64,000 nt of DNA. Source: Rubripirellula sp. (GTDB taxonomy: Bacteria > Planctomycetota > Planctomycetia > Pirellulales > Pirellulaceae). Position numbers and translations under genes: made by a program. This document shows positions 39,762 to 50,323 of the stretch, one piece after another (positions within the stretch are counted from its first letter, which is position 1; each line of letters opens with the position of its first letter). Below the pieces are notes generated by a model that saw only the letters and a program-made list of their open reading frames with translations, made no database searches and was not told where the DNA came from. The stretch spans positions 5,120,001 to 5,184,000 of the forward strand of contig OZ244207.1 in NCBI GenBank assembly GCA_965216875.1, read 5' to 3'.

Positions 39762-40208
39762 ATGTCACAAATCGGACAAACAGGCGGCGCCGACTTCACC
39801 GCGCAACAATCTGCGGGCCAGGCTGGCGGATCGAGTGATAGTTACAACGATTTGGACATCGATTCGTTCCTGAAGTTGTTGATCAGCGAGCTGCAAAACC
39901 AAGACCCGCTCGATCCGATGGACAACAGCGAAATGGTCCAGCAGATCGGCCAGATCCGAGAAATCGGGGCCACCGACCAGCTGACTCAAACGCTATCAAA
40001 CCTTTCCGCAAGCCAGGAATTGGTCACCGCCAGCGGGCTGATTGGCCGCGAAGTTAACGGGCTTGCGGACGACACAAGCGTGGTCGATGGAGTGGTCGAC
40101 CGCATCACTGTGGAAACTGACAGCGAGAACAATTCACGTTCGGTCAAAGTTCATGTGGGTCAACAGACGATGGATATAAAGAACATCCGGGAAATTCAAA
40201 CTGGGTAG
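39762..40208 (+). CDS. flgD: Flagellar hook capping protein FlgD
   Basis: FLKLLISELQNQDPLDPMDN, ASGLIGREV. Confidence 0.95.
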   Translation: MSQIGQTGGADFTAQQSAGQAGGSSDSYNDLDIDSFLKLLISELQNQDPLDPMDNSEMVQQIGQIREIGATDQLTQTLSNLSASQELVTASGLIGREVNGLADDTSVVDGVVDRITVETDSENNSRSVKVHVGQQTMDIKNIREIQTG

Positions 40209-40318
40209 ACTTTAACGACCATCGGCTGCTCGCCAGGTACGGGTATGGTGCCTTCGTACGGTGAGCCAACGATTGGGATCGAAAGTCTTTCCGATCACAT
40301 CGTTGGAGTGCAAAGCCG

Positions 40319-42751
40319 ATGGGCCTAACATCCGCATTGACCACCGCCCTGACTGGGTTGAGTGCTGCCGAAACGCAAATTGACGTCATCGGTAACAATC
40401 TGGCCAACTCTCAAACGGTCGGTTTCAAGTCGTCGGACGTCATTTTTGGCACGCAGTTTCTGCAGACCCTCTCGCTTGGTGCCGGTCCAACCGACAACAA
40501 CGGCGGTAACAACCCCCGCCAGATTGGTCTTGGTGTCCAGGTTGCTGAAATCGCGGCCAACCATAACCAAGGCACGATCGAGATCAGCAGTAGTGCGTCG
40601 GACCTCGCGATCCAGGGGGACGGTTTCTTCATTGTTGAAGGTGCCGACTCAGAACGTCTTTACACGCGAAACGGCATTTTCAAGCTCAACAGTAACGCCG
40701 AGCTGGTCAATGCGACCGGACAACGATTGCTCGGTTACGGCGTTGACGATCAATTCCGTTTGCAAGAATCGACCCTCGTTCCACTGCGTGTTCCACTCGG
40801 AACCGAGAGTGTCGCAAAGGCAACCGAAAATGTGACCTTCGAAGGCACGCTCACGCCCGAGGGTGATGTCGCAACCGTTTCGCAGGTGATCGAGTCGATT
40901 CGTCTAGGTGACGGACAAATTCCTCGCCCCGATGCGGCGGGTGTCAACATCGGCATCGCGCCCCTTTCAGACACCAATACAATCACGCTCGACAATTCGG
41001 GCGTTGGCACGCTGCCGGGCGGAACCTTCCAATACCGTGTTGCGCTGGTCGACTCGGCCGGAAACGAGTCGACACCAAGTAACGCAATGTCGATCGACTC
41101 GGTCAGCGGGCGAATCGACTTGAACAACCTTCCATCGGATCCGTCGGGCGATTTCCCAACGGTCAACGTCTATCGTACCGGCCCGAATGGTTCCGACTTC
41201 TTCTTCCTTGGCACTTCAGCCGCGGGTGGCACCTTCGTCGATGATGGATCAACGCCGCTGTCTGGCATTCCGCTTGACGACGAAGTCCTGACCGGCAACT
41301 ACACCTACATGGTGACTTATCACCGCAGTGGCGAAGTCGAAAGCCGGCCAAGTGTTTTGATCGGCCCCCAAAATGTTGCCAACGGCCGCATCACGCTTTC
41401 CAACTTCCCGGCACCACCGGTGCCCGGTCCGGGCGACAGTTTCCCGCCCTACGACGAAGTTCGAATCTATCGAAACCTATCCAATGACCAAAACAACTTC
41501 TATTTGGTCGACACCGTACCTCCTGGATCGGTCTACACCGATTCCAAGAGCGACGCCGAAATCGCCGACTTGACCGACGTCAACAACAAGTTGATCGACC
41601 TCGACGGCCCAACGATCAACAGTAGCACGCTGTTGACCGATGTCCTTCGCCGCGACGGCAACGTTTATCAGAACGCATTCGAAATCGGCACGCTCAGCTA
41701 CACCGGCCGTAAGGGCGGTCGAGCGCTGGGCGAAAAGGACTTTCAGATTACGGCCACGACCACCGTCCAAGACTTTATTGACTTCATCGAATCGGCATCG
41801 GGTGTGCAAGCCTTGCAGCTTGACTCACAAAATCCGATCCTCGCGTCGGAAAACAACATCGAAGGTGAATCGGGGATCCTCGTTCCCGGTGGCTACATCG
41901 AAGACGGAGCGATTCGATTCGTCAGTAACACCGGCGAATTGAACGCACTCGAAATCGACCTTTCGGCGTTCCGGATCGAAACGGACATTGGTGCTGTTTC
42001 AACTCCTAACTTGGGTTTCGGAGTCGTCCAGGAAGGGCAGGGACAAAGTGCCGCCAGTGACTTCATCGTTTACGATTCGCTGGGTGTGCCGATCAACGTT
42101 CGCGTTACCGCCACGCTTGAAAGCCGAACTGACGAAGAAACCGTCTATCGCTGGTACGCAGACAGCCCCGACAACCAACCCCTTACCGGCGTTGACGTTG
42201 CTGTCGGAACGGGTCTGCTGCGATTCGACGGCAACGGTAACTTTATCACCGCGACCAACGATAGCATCGCGATCAATCGAACCGGTGTTCCAAGTGTGTC
42301 GCCGTTGCAATTCGATCTCGACTTCAGCTTGGTCTCTGGATTGGCGACTCAAGAAGCCAATTTGGCCGCAACGCGACAAGACGGTAGTGAACCGGGTGTT
42401 TTGAATAGTTTTGTGGTTGGTGAAAACGGCACCATCCGTGGTGTGTTCAGCAACGGTGTGACCCGTGACCTCGGTGCACTGCAATTGGCTCGCTTTGCCA
42501 ACCCGGTTGGTCTGGAAGCACGCGGATTGAACCTGTTCGCCAAAGGCATCAACACCGGCCTGCCGGTTCAAGGTGCACCGGGCGAAAACGGCATCGGAAG
42601 TATCATCGGTGGTGCCTTGGAACTGAGTAATACCGACATCGGCCGAGACCTTGTCGAACTGGTCCTCGCCAGCACCCAGTACCGCGGAAACAGCCGTGTG
42701 ATCACGACCAGCCAACAGTTGCTTGACGAGCTTCTGAACCTGCGTCGATAA
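40319..42751 (+). CDS. flgE: Flagellar hook protein FlgE (810 aa, with insertions)
   Basis: IGNNLANSQTVGFK, DLAIQGDGFF, YTRNGIF, GALELSNTD, NSRVITTS..LLDELLNL. Confidence 0.95.
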   Translation: MGLTSALTTALTGLSAAETQIDVIGNNLANSQTVGFKSSDVIFGTQFLQTLSLGAGPTDNNGGNNPRQIGLGVQVAEIAANHNQGTIEISSSASDLAIQGDGFFIVEGADSERLYTRNGIFKLNSNAELVNATGQRLLGYGVDDQFRLQESTLVPLRVPLGTESVAKATENVTFEGTLTPEGDVATVSQVIESIRLGDGQIPRPDAAGVNIGIAPLSDTNTITLDNSGVGTLPGGTFQYRVALVDSAGNESTPSNAMSIDSVSGRIDLNNLPSDPSGDFPTVNVYRTGPNGSDFFFLGTSAAGGTFVDDGSTPLSGIPLDDEVLTGNYTYMVTYHRSGEVESRPSVLIGPQNVANGRITLSNFPAPPVPGPGDSFPPYDEVRIYRNLSNDQNNFYLVDTVPPGSVYTDSKSDAEIADLTDVNNKLIDLDGPTINSSTLLTDVLRRDGNVYQNAFEIGTLSYTGRKGGRALGEKDFQITATTTVQDFIDFIESASGVQALQLDSQNPILASENNIEGESGILVPGGYIEDGAIRFVSNTGELNALEIDLSAFRIETDIGAVSTPNLGFGVVQEGQGQSAASDFIVYDSLGVPINVRVTATLESRTDEETVYRWYADSPDNQPLTGVDVAVGTGLLRFDGNGNFITATNDSIAINRTGVPSVSPLQFDLDFSLVSGLATQEANLAATRQDGSEPGVLNSFVVGENGTIRGVFSNGVTRDLGALQLARFANPVGLEARGLNLFAKGINTGLPVQGAPGENGIGSIIGGALELSNTDIGRDLVELVLASTQYRGNSRVITTSQQLLDELLNLRR

Positions 42752-42950
42752 CGCGGTTGATGAGCTTGTCCTCTCGGCCGAGCTCGATCGCAAGGTGAGC
42801 TCCGACCCGACCCATGCTGTCTCTTTTTCGCCGACAAGGCTAAAACTTTGTCGGCGATTGCTTTTGATGCTCCCTGGACGAGTCGTCAAAGCTCCGTTTT
42901 TCATGCCCTGTTTCGTTGGTTCCAGCGTTACTCCATCCCCCATCCGACCA

Positions 42951-44459
42951 ATGGCCAAAGCACCCAAGACCGCGATTAGCCCGACCCGCAACGAAGATTA
43001 TCCCGAATGGTACCAGCAGGTGATTCGGTCATCGGACCTGGCCGAGAACTCGCCGGTTCGCGGTTGCATGGTGATCAAGCCTTGGGGCTACCGACTTTGG
43101 GAAAACATGCAACGCGCACTGGACGACATGTTCAAAGCGACCGGGCACCAAAACGCATACTTCCCTTTGTTCATTCCAATGAGCTTCCTCGAAAAGGAAG
43201 CCGAACACGTCGAAGGGTTTGCCAAGGAGTGCGCCGTTGTCACTCACCATCGACTCGAGCCGGATCCCGAGGGTGGCCTTCGTCCCGCCGGTAAATTGGA
43301 AGAACCACTCATCGTTCGTCCGACCAGCGAAACCATCATCGGTGCAACCTACGCCAAGTGGGTGCAAAGCCATCGTGACTTGCCAATCTTGATCAACCAA
43401 TGGGCAAACGTTGTCCGTTGGGAAATGCGCACGCGCATGTTCCTTCGCACGGCCGAGTTCCTCTGGCAGGAAGGGCATACGGTTCACGCAACCGAAAAAG
43501 AAGCGGTCGAAGAAACCGAGCAAATGATCGACGTCTACGCCGACTTTGCCGAGAACTGGATGGCGATGCCTGTGATCATCGGCAGCAAGACGCCTGCCGA
43601 ACGATTCCCCGGCGCTGTCGAGACCCTTTCAATCGAAGCGATGATGCAAGATCGCAAAGCGTTGCAAGCTGGCACCAGCCACTTCCTCGGCCAGAACTTC
43701 TCACGTGCTCAAGAAATTGTCTTCCAAGCCGAAAGCGGCGAACGCGAATACGCGTGGACAACAAGTTGGGGCGTCTCCACGCGTTTGGTGGGCGCTCTGA
43801 TCATGAGCCACAGCGACGACGATGGGTTGATCATTCCGCCACGACTCGCGCCCGCTCACATCGTGATCCTGCCGATCTATCGGGACGATGAAAGCCGTGG
43901 CAAAGTGATGGAGTATGTCGATTCACTTCGGGCGGAACTCGCAGCACAGCAATACGCGGGCGCACCTGTTCGCGTTGAAATCGACGACCGTGACATCCGT
44001 GGTGGCGAAAAGAAATGGCATCACGTCAAACGGGGCGTCCCAATCCGATTGGAAGTCGGGCCCAAAGACATTGACAAGAACTCCGTCTTCATGGGACGCC
44101 GTGACCAACCCAAGAGCGTCGGCATTGGGCGCGATGAATTGGTCGGCTCGATTGGCAAGATTCTCGAAGAGATGCAAACGGGGCTGTTCGATCGCGCCGT
44201 CGCGCTTCGTCAAGAGAACAGCAAAGAGATTACCACCGAGGCGGATTTCCGCGATTTCTTTTCGGCCGAGAATGAAAACGAGATTCACGGCGGTTTCGCC
44301 CACTGCCACTTCGCAAGCGAAGACGAATTGGAACCGCTGTTGAAGGAACTCAAGGTGACCATTCGCTGCGTCCCACGCGACAACAACGACGAACCTGGCA
44401 CATGCTTCTTCAGCGGGAAACCGGCCGAAAAGAAAGCGATCTTCGCCAAAGCCTATTAG
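42951..44459 (+). CDS. proS: Proline--tRNA ligase (archaeal/eukaryote-like type)
   Basis: NAYFPLFIP, RPTSET, QWANVVRWE, FLWQEGH, QAGTSHFLGQNF, TSWGVSTR, C-terminal FAKAY. Confidence 0.97.
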   Translation: MAKAPKTAISPTRNEDYPEWYQQVIRSSDLAENSPVRGCMVIKPWGYRLWENMQRALDDMFKATGHQNAYFPLFIPMSFLEKEAEHVEGFAKECAVVTHHRLEPDPEGGLRPAGKLEEPLIVRPTSETIIGATYAKWVQSHRDLPILINQWANVVRWEMRTRMFLRTAEFLWQEGHTVHATEKEAVEETEQMIDVYADFAENWMAMPVIIGSKTPAERFPGAVETLSIEAMMQDRKALQAGTSHFLGQNFSRAQEIVFQAESGEREYAWTTSWGVSTRLVGALIMSHSDDDGLIIPPRLAPAHIVILPIYRDDESRGKVMEYVDSLRAELAAQQYAGAPVRVEIDDRDIRGGEKKWHHVKRGVPIRLEVGPKDIDKNSVFMGRRDQPKSVGIGRDELVGSIGKILEEMQTGLFDRAVALRQENSKEITTEADFRDFFSAENENEIHGGFAHCHFASEDELEPLLKELKVTIRCVPRDNNDEPGTCFFSGKPAEKKAIFAKAY

Positions 44460-44467
44460 GCCTGATT

Positions 44468-44535
44468 CGTAGGGTGTGTGCTCGCACGCACCCACTCCGT
44501 AAACGCTCTGTGGTGCGTGCAAGCACACACGCCAC
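44468..44535. repeat. Inverted REP doublet (family D) after proS
   Basis: CGTAGGGTGTGTGCTCGCACGCACC...GGTGCGTGCAAGCACACAC. Confidence 0.75.
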
Positions 44536-44711
44536 ATTGGATTTTGAGCCAGTTCGTCCTGCCGGCTTTGGCCGGAATCTTCGCGTCCTTCCGCGAATTG
44601 GCAGGACTATTAGCGGATACTGGTGATGCTCTGCGTGCCAGCACAACGTCCCAACATTGGCTAGACTGGTTCCGGTGCCGCGATTCAACCTCCGCACACA
44701 GGAACCTCCCT

Positions 44712-45623
44712 ATGCTCCGAAAACCATTGGGTCATTTTCCGTTGCTGGCTCTCTTCGCGCTGGCACCAACGCTCGCTCTTGCAGACGACGACCAATCCAA
44801 GGCGGACGCCCTTCGAGAACAAATTGACGCTTCGAACACAAAGATCGAAGCGGCGATGACAGAGTTTCGCGACATCGTCTGCAAACGGGCGCTCAACTTT
44901 GGCGACGAACTCCAAGATCGAGCAATCGACATCGCACAGGACTCTAAGTTTGTTGACGTACGCTTCGATGATGTGATTCGCAAGAACCTCAAGAGTGCAT
45001 CCAAGCCAAACAACTGGAACACTGAGAGAATCGAAACCACACTGCATCTGATCCCACTCAGCACGCTTGGGGCACAAGAACAAGTCGAACTCGCGTTCAA
45101 GTGTTACCTTCAATGCGACGGCAAATCCTCTCAAGACCGCAGTGTCGTCCGATCCCTGGTCTCGTTGCTTGGTAAGACGCCCGACGAAACCAGTCGTGTT
45201 CTCCACAAGCATCTACAAGAAGCTCCCCTGACCAGCGAATTGCTTTCCCTGTGCGTCATCGCGGGTGAAGCCACCGAAGAGATTTTACCGATCGTGGTTG
45301 CTGCAGCAGAATCGAGTGATGCCGATGTGGCCGAGGCAGCCATGCGCACGGCCCCCGACATGATCACGCTCCTGCGCCGGAAACAAAGACAACTTCAAAG
45401 CGAAGCTTCTGCGTTGGCCGAGGGAGTTTCCGAAATCGATTCCAAAATGGTTTCTTATGCCAAACGGATCATTTCGCGGTACGACAAGAACGATGACTCA
45501 GTGCTAACGCCCAATGAGTATGGTTCGATGCTGATCTCGCCCGTTACTGCCGACACGGACGGCAATGGCAAGATCACGGTACGCGAGTACGCGGTCTACA
45601 TGGAAAAACGCAGCAGGCGTTAG
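44712..45623 (+). CDS. Secreted helical protein with a C-terminal EF-hand pair
   Basis: Signal peptide; YDKNDDSVLTPNEY and ADTDGNGKITVREY. Confidence 0.8.
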   Translation: MLRKPLGHFPLLALFALAPTLALADDDQSKADALREQIDASNTKIEAAMTEFRDIVCKRALNFGDELQDRAIDIAQDSKFVDVRFDDVIRKNLKSASKPNNWNTERIETTLHLIPLSTLGAQEQVELAFKCYLQCDGKSSQDRSVVRSLVSLLGKTPDETSRVLHKHLQEAPLTSELLSLCVIAGEATEEILPIVVAAAESSDADVAEAAMRTAPDMITLLRRKQRQLQSEASALAEGVSEIDSKMVSYAKRIISRYDKNDDSVLTPNEYGSMLISPVTADTDGNGKITVREYAVYMEKRSRR

Positions 45624-45644
45624 GGGATGCCCGATATGCGTCTT

Positions 45645-45875
45645 CGTAGCTACGCTCGCCAGAGCGTGGTGAAAGCGGAGACCGGCCCAACGATGGAAAC
45701 CGCCTTCTGGCGAAGGTAGCTACATTCTCGTGAGCCGAACGCGCTAGCGTCGGGCCTCTGCACAACGTAGCTACGCTCGCCAGAGCGTGGGGCAGACACT
45801 GTAAATCGATCGTTCGTAGTACCAAGCTTTAGCCGGAATCTTCAGCCTTTTCCGCCTAAAGGCGGGACTACGAAC
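45645..45875. repeat. Composite REP cluster (A doublet + B + half A + C doublet)
   Basis: Segment 45645-45757 is repeated at 46925-47036; a family C doublet lies at 45812-45875. Confidence 0.85.
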
Positions 45876-46134
45876 AGTGCTCAACGCCGGGCTCAAGTCT
45901 TGATGGGCGGAGCGTCCGCCGAATGCCCAATCCTGCGTTCGCGATCGGTTGTGACGGTTGTGTGGGCTGGCGGCCCTTTTCAGATCGCTTCGGTGTGTTG
46001 GTTCGTTTCGAGCCACGGGATTTGTGAACTAGGTTTTTGATGCCGACCAGACTTGGTCAGGCGTTCGCCGCGTCGAAACGACGCGTTGCAACCTCCTCGT
46101 CTCACTCCCGAATTCACAGCACCGGGCACCTTCC

Positions 46135-46887
46135 ATGACACGACCACTGCAAGCTTCGGTCTTCTTCGCACTGGCCATCACCTCTGCCTGTCTTGCCACC
46201 TCTGGCTGCGGCAAGGTCGCCAAAGTCGTTGCCAAGGGAGCCATCGAACAAGTGGCCAGCGACGTCGCCGATGGCGGACTTTCGGAACAAGACATTCGTC
46301 AGATGTTCGAGCAGGTGAATGCCGCGTGCCCACGCCAAACAGATCAATACACGACCCTTGAAAGTGTCAAAATGATCGACGATCGGCGTGTCGAGTATCG
46401 TTACAAGGTGACCCGAGAGGGGAAGAATATCCTGCGCCGGATCGACAAAGAAGTGTTGCGCAAAGCAGCAGTTGATCACACAAAAGGCAATGCGATGGCG
46501 GTTGCGATCGCGGAACGCGACCTTACCGTCGAACACGTCTACGAAGACGCCTTTGGTTCGCACGTGTTGTCGTACACCATCAACAAGCAGGTCCTCGCAG
46601 GAAACTACTACCCGCTTGGGGAAGAGAAGGGGAATCCATTCGCAACCTCTACGGTCAAGGCTGATCCTAGCCAACAGGTCGTTGTCAAAACCGAGACCGC
46701 GCCGAGCACCGGCGAAACGCAACCAAGCGAGCAAGAAACTCCAACTGCACCCGAACAAACAATCCCCGAAACGGTAACGGAACCAGAACCGAAGGTCGAA
46801 AAACCCTCGCTGCCAACTCAGTATCGCTCCCAGCAACGTTCCACCGTCAATCCAGCCGGCGTTCAGTCCAATCCGTTCTTCGATTGA
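46135..46887 (+). CDS. Hypothetical lipoprotein
   Basis: Lipobox-like TSGC, NAACPRQTDQYTTL, and a Pro/Thr/Glu-rich tail ending NPFFD. Confidence 0.8.
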   Translation: MTRPLQASVFFALAITSACLATSGCGKVAKVVAKGAIEQVASDVADGGLSEQDIRQMFEQVNAACPRQTDQYTTLESVKMIDDRRVEYRYKVTREGKNILRRIDKEVLRKAAVDHTKGNAMAVAIAERDLTVEHVYEDAFGSHVLSYTINKQVLAGNYYPLGEEKGNPFATSTVKADPSQQVVVKTETAPSTGETQPSEQETPTAPEQTIPETVTEPEPKVEKPSLPTQYRSQQRSTVNPAGVQSNPFFD

Positions 46888-46924
46888 TCCGATTTTTCTG
46901 GTGAGCCGAACGCACCCTGCGCAT

Positions 46925-47083
46925 CGTAGCTACGCTCGCCAGAGCGTGGTGAAAGCGGAGACCGGCCAAACGATGGAAACCACCTTCTGGTGAAGGTAGC
47001 TACATCTCGTGAGCCGAACGCGCTAGCGTCGGGCCTTACACTCTTCTGGACTTCACGCGCAAGCACGTCATGCGGAGCATGAC
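46925..47083. repeat. REP cluster (A doublet + B + G palindrome)
   Basis: Near-identical to 45645-45757, followed by GTCATGCGGAGCATGAC. Confidence 0.85.
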
Positions 47084-48793
47084 CTACGCAATGATGTCTC
47101 GTCGGTTTTGGACGTAATCCCAAACCACAAAACGGTCGAGGTCGCGGCCGCTGGTAAAGAAGACGCGGCCTTGCGTCGTCTCAGCCAATCGATGCGCAAA
47201 GCGGATGTCTTCTTCGCTTTGAGACCAACTAGGGATCAGAAAGATATTGATCGTGATTCCTTCCTTCTTACAGAGCGCACCCTCGCGCATCGTGGCCGCT
47301 TCGGTTCGCGGATGCGGAGGATAGAGCATGTACAGCGTCTCCTCCTCGAAGTGTGCTGTTGGTAATCCATCGGTGATCAACACGATTTGCCGATTCGGCG
47401 TGTCACAGTTGGCCAAATTCTGACGAGCGATTTGGAGCGAGTGTTGAATGTTGGTGAAGTGCGGTGGCAACATCGACTCGCCAATGTCAGGGTCGCTCAA
47501 GTCCGCTGCCAGTTGGACAACCGGGTCATGGATTGTCACCGGCTTGGGCATCAACTTGATGATCTCGCCGGGCGAACGCATTTTGCCAAAGGTGTACATC
47601 TCGATGAATTTCAAAAAGTCACCGGGATACTCGGACTGAATCAGTCCTTGCAGCGCAAGTGCCATCCGTTTGACGTTCACATATTGACCGTCGTACCGCA
47701 TCGACCCACTCATATCCATCACGACGGCCGTTGCACATTTGGGATGGTTACGCGTCTTGTGGACCTCGATATCATCGCTGCGCAAACGCAGCGGACGTTG
47801 GTCGCCCTGCCGCAGCAGCGCATTGATCACCGTTTGCGGCAAGTCGATGTGAGCCACGCTGTCACCAAACTCATAAGGCTTGGTCTGCTGTAGCTCGACG
47901 GCGCCTTCGCCCACAACGTCACCTTGATGTCGACCGCTTCGCGACGGCGCAAGCTGGCTGAAGATTCGTTCAAGCAACCGACCTTGGAAGATCTTGTAGG
48001 CTTTGGGAGTCAGACGAAATCCGCCGTCGCGATCCGACTCCAAACCTTGTCGCTCGGCTTGCTCGCGAAGCATGTTTTCAATCTGCCGGCGCATCTCCTC
48101 GAGCTGTTCCATGTCACCGGCATCCGCAAATTCGCTCAGCATCTCCATATCGATGATGCCGATCTGAGCGTTTTCTGCCGCCTCTTCCAGCTGCTTGAGC
48201 AACTCGTCGATCTTCTCGAGCTCCTCCTTCACCTCAAGTGCCTTGGCAACACTCATCGATTCGTTGCCAGTGAACTCATACTTACTCGCAAGCTCTTCGA
48301 TGTTGTGCTTGTCAGCCATCCGTTGGCCGACCTGCAATAAGCCACGAGCGAGTTGCCCCGAATCATCGCCGGCACGGTACCAAAGATGCTCGATCAAATA
48401 GGGCTGTTCTTGATTGACCGCGCGTCGGAACGGTTTCTCCATGTCACGCGGCACGCTCAGATTTTTTGCCGCATTGTGAAAAGCCTTGCGAGCCCGCTTT
48501 TGAACAGTACGAGCTTCGTAGGTTGCTAAGATCTTGCGTTTGCGTTCCTCGAGCATGGCGCGGAGCATGTCGAGACTCGGACCAAGACCAGCGATCTGTT
48601 TCGGGTCCAAACGTATCGCGCGAGCCAACCCCTCTTCGGTAAGCTCCTGGTAGTCGCCATACATCAACGCCTGCTCAAACGCCGGCGACACCAAATCGGG
48701 CGGTGGCTGCGTTGGAGGCGGAAATTGAGCCGGATCGTACTTTTGGTAGGCGTGAATGACGCCGCCCGGCCTATACTTTTTCTCAGGCTTCAT
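47084..48793 (-). CDS. VWA domain-containing protein (partner of the adjacent ATPase)
   Basis: MIDAS DMSGSM, TNIQHSL, LITDGLPT. Confidence 0.9.
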   Translation of the reverse strand: MKPEKKYRPGGVIHAYQKYDPAQFPPPTQPPPDLVSPAFEQALMYGDYQELTEEGLARAIRLDPKQIAGLGPSLDMLRAMLEERKRKILATYEARTVQKRARKAFHNAAKNLSVPRDMEKPFRRAVNQEQPYLIEHLWYRAGDDSGQLARGLLQVGQRMADKHNIEELASKYEFTGNESMSVAKALEVKEELEKIDELLKQLEEAAENAQIGIIDMEMLSEFADAGDMEQLEEMRRQIENMLREQAERQGLESDRDGGFRLTPKAYKIFQGRLLERIFSQLAPSRSGRHQGDVVGEGAVELQQTKPYEFGDSVAHIDLPQTVINALLRQGDQRPLRLRSDDIEVHKTRNHPKCATAVVMDMSGSMRYDGQYVNVKRMALALQGLIQSEYPGDFLKFIEMYTFGKMRSPGEIIKLMPKPVTIHDPVVQLAADLSDPDIGESMLPPHFTNIQHSLQIARQNLANCDTPNRQIVLITDGLPTAHFEEETLYMLYPPHPRTEAATMREGALCKKEGITINIFLIPSWSQSEEDIRFAHRLAETTQGRVFFTSGRDLDRFVVWDYVQNRRDIIA

Positions 48794-48799
48794 CGAACG

Positions 48800-50224
48800 C
48801 TACAACTCGTATTCCATCTTGCCATAACGTTGTGAACGACTGATTCGATCCATGCTGTAGAGACCTGCAAGAACGAACTCGACGCAACTCGCACGGACCG
48901 CTTCGTTTTCACTCGCATTGACTTCGAACGCGAGATCCCAAGCGGGCGGCACGCTCTTGAGTCGCTCGGCGTAGTCACTGCTGGGAAGCAGATCGCCGAC
49001 TTCGATGCGGACGCCACTACGAAAGATCTCTGCGATCTCCGCCAGCCCGTGTTGCTCAACATACTCGGCAAAGACCACCTGAATCGCCTCGGCGACCACT
49101 GCATCAAGCACTTGCCGTTCACTCATCTGATGAGTGCCCATCAAGTCAAGCTCGAGTTTACCGAGCGAGCTCGCGTACAGGTGTCCTAAGTCGCTGATCC
49201 GCGGCACGGCTGGTTTTTCGCCATGAACCACACCACGTTGCCTGGCCGATGCGATGACCGTTCGAAAGTTGGCTAGTGACAGGCGTGCCGACACACCCGA
49301 ATCTTGATCGATGTATTTGCTTTGACGTGCTTGGTTGGTGATCTCCTCGACCACTTGGTACATGAAATAGGGGACTTGCACCGGATATTCCCCGTTGCAC
49401 TCCTCGGCAACTTCTTGCTTGAGGATCTCGATGCCCTGGTCACGTTCGCGCGGATAATGCGTTTGGACGATCGTTCCGATGCGATCCTTCAACTGCGGAA
49501 TGACTTTTCCACTTCGGTTGTAGGTCGACGGGTTGGCCGAGAAGAGGATGAAGATGTCGAGATCAAATTGGATGGGATAGCCGCGGATTTGAACATCGCG
49601 TTCTTCCAAGATGTTGAACAACCCAACTTGAACCAAGTCGTCCAACTCAGGCAATTCGTTCATCGCGAAAATGCCTCGATGCATTCGCGGAATCAGACCA
49701 AACGACAACGCCTCTTCGGCACTCATGCTGACGCCGCCAGTCAATTTTGCCGGGTCAATTTCTCCGATGATGTCCGCAAACTTGGTTCCGGGACTAAGCC
49801 TCTCGGCGTAACGCTGATCGCGATGCCACCAAGCAATCTTGATGTCTTCGGGTTCGTGCTCGGCGACCAATCGTTTGCCGAGCGACGTTATAGGCTGGCT
49901 TGGATCTTCGTGAATCGGAAGGTCGGGATGATCGATGTACGGAATGTACTCGTCCAAAAATCGCGTCAACATCCGCATGATGCGGCTCTTCGCTTGCCCC
50001 TTTTCGCCGAGGAACAGCATGTCGTGTCCGGCGAGGAGAGCCAAGTTGATTTCGGGAATCACGGTGTCGTCGTAACCAACGATTCCAGGGAAGAGCTCTT
50101 CGCCTGCCGCCAACATTCGAGTGAAATTGTCGCGAATCTCTTGCTTGACAGTTTTGGAGACCCAACCGCTGCGATTCAATTCAGCCAAAGTGGCCGGTAA
50201 TGGCGTTGCCGTGATGGCATTCAT
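48800..50224 (-). CDS. Mg-chelatase/MoxR-like AAA+ ATPase
   Basis: GEKGQAKSR Walker A variant, [26 protein letters not shown]. Confidence 0.9.
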   Translation of the reverse strand: MNAITATPLPATLAELNRSGWVSKTVKQEIRDNFTRMLAAGEELFPGIVGYDDTVIPEINLALLAGHDMLFLGEKGQAKSRIMRMLTRFLDEYIPYIDHPDLPIHEDPSQPITSLGKRLVAEHEPEDIKIAWWHRDQRYAERLSPGTKFADIIGEIDPAKLTGGVSMSAEEALSFGLIPRMHRGIFAMNELPELDDLVQVGLFNILEERDVQIRGYPIQFDLDIFILFSANPSTYNRSGKVIPQLKDRIGTIVQTHYPRERDQGIEILKQEVAEECNGEYPVQVPYFMYQVVEEITNQARQSKYIDQDSGVSARLSLANFRTVIASARQRGVVHGEKPAVPRISDLGHLYASSLGKLELDLMGTHQMSERQVLDAVVAEAIQVVFAEYVEQHGLAEIAEIFRSGVRIEVGDLLPSSDYAERLKSVPPAWDLAFEVNASENEAVRASCVEFVLAGLYSMDRISRSQRYGKMEYEL

Positions 50225-50323
50225 ACAAAGACGATCCAGATACCTAATGGAAGTTGTAACTGGGTCTATTGTAGAGGCACGGCCAGAGGGTGGAAGCTTT
50301 GCTGCGAGTGAGTCAGCCAACAA

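Noticed and set aside
40250..40320. c-di-GMP riboswitch upstream of flgE
   Set aside because: It has a GCAAA-like word and a hairpin but not the two-stem GEMM architecture.
28915..40320. Sigma-28 or sigma-54 promoters in the flagellar cluster
   Set aside because: No convincing TAAA-N15-GCCGATAA or TGGCAC-N5-TTGC match in the intergenic spots I checked by eye.
42951..44459. Archaeal/eukaryote-type ProRS as a recent transfer
   Set aside because: This type is widespread in several bacterial phyla, and its composition matches the flanks.
45645..45875. Possible CRISPR array
   Set aside because: The units are inverted REP doublets of mixed families with no regular repeat-spacer period, and no cas genes are present.
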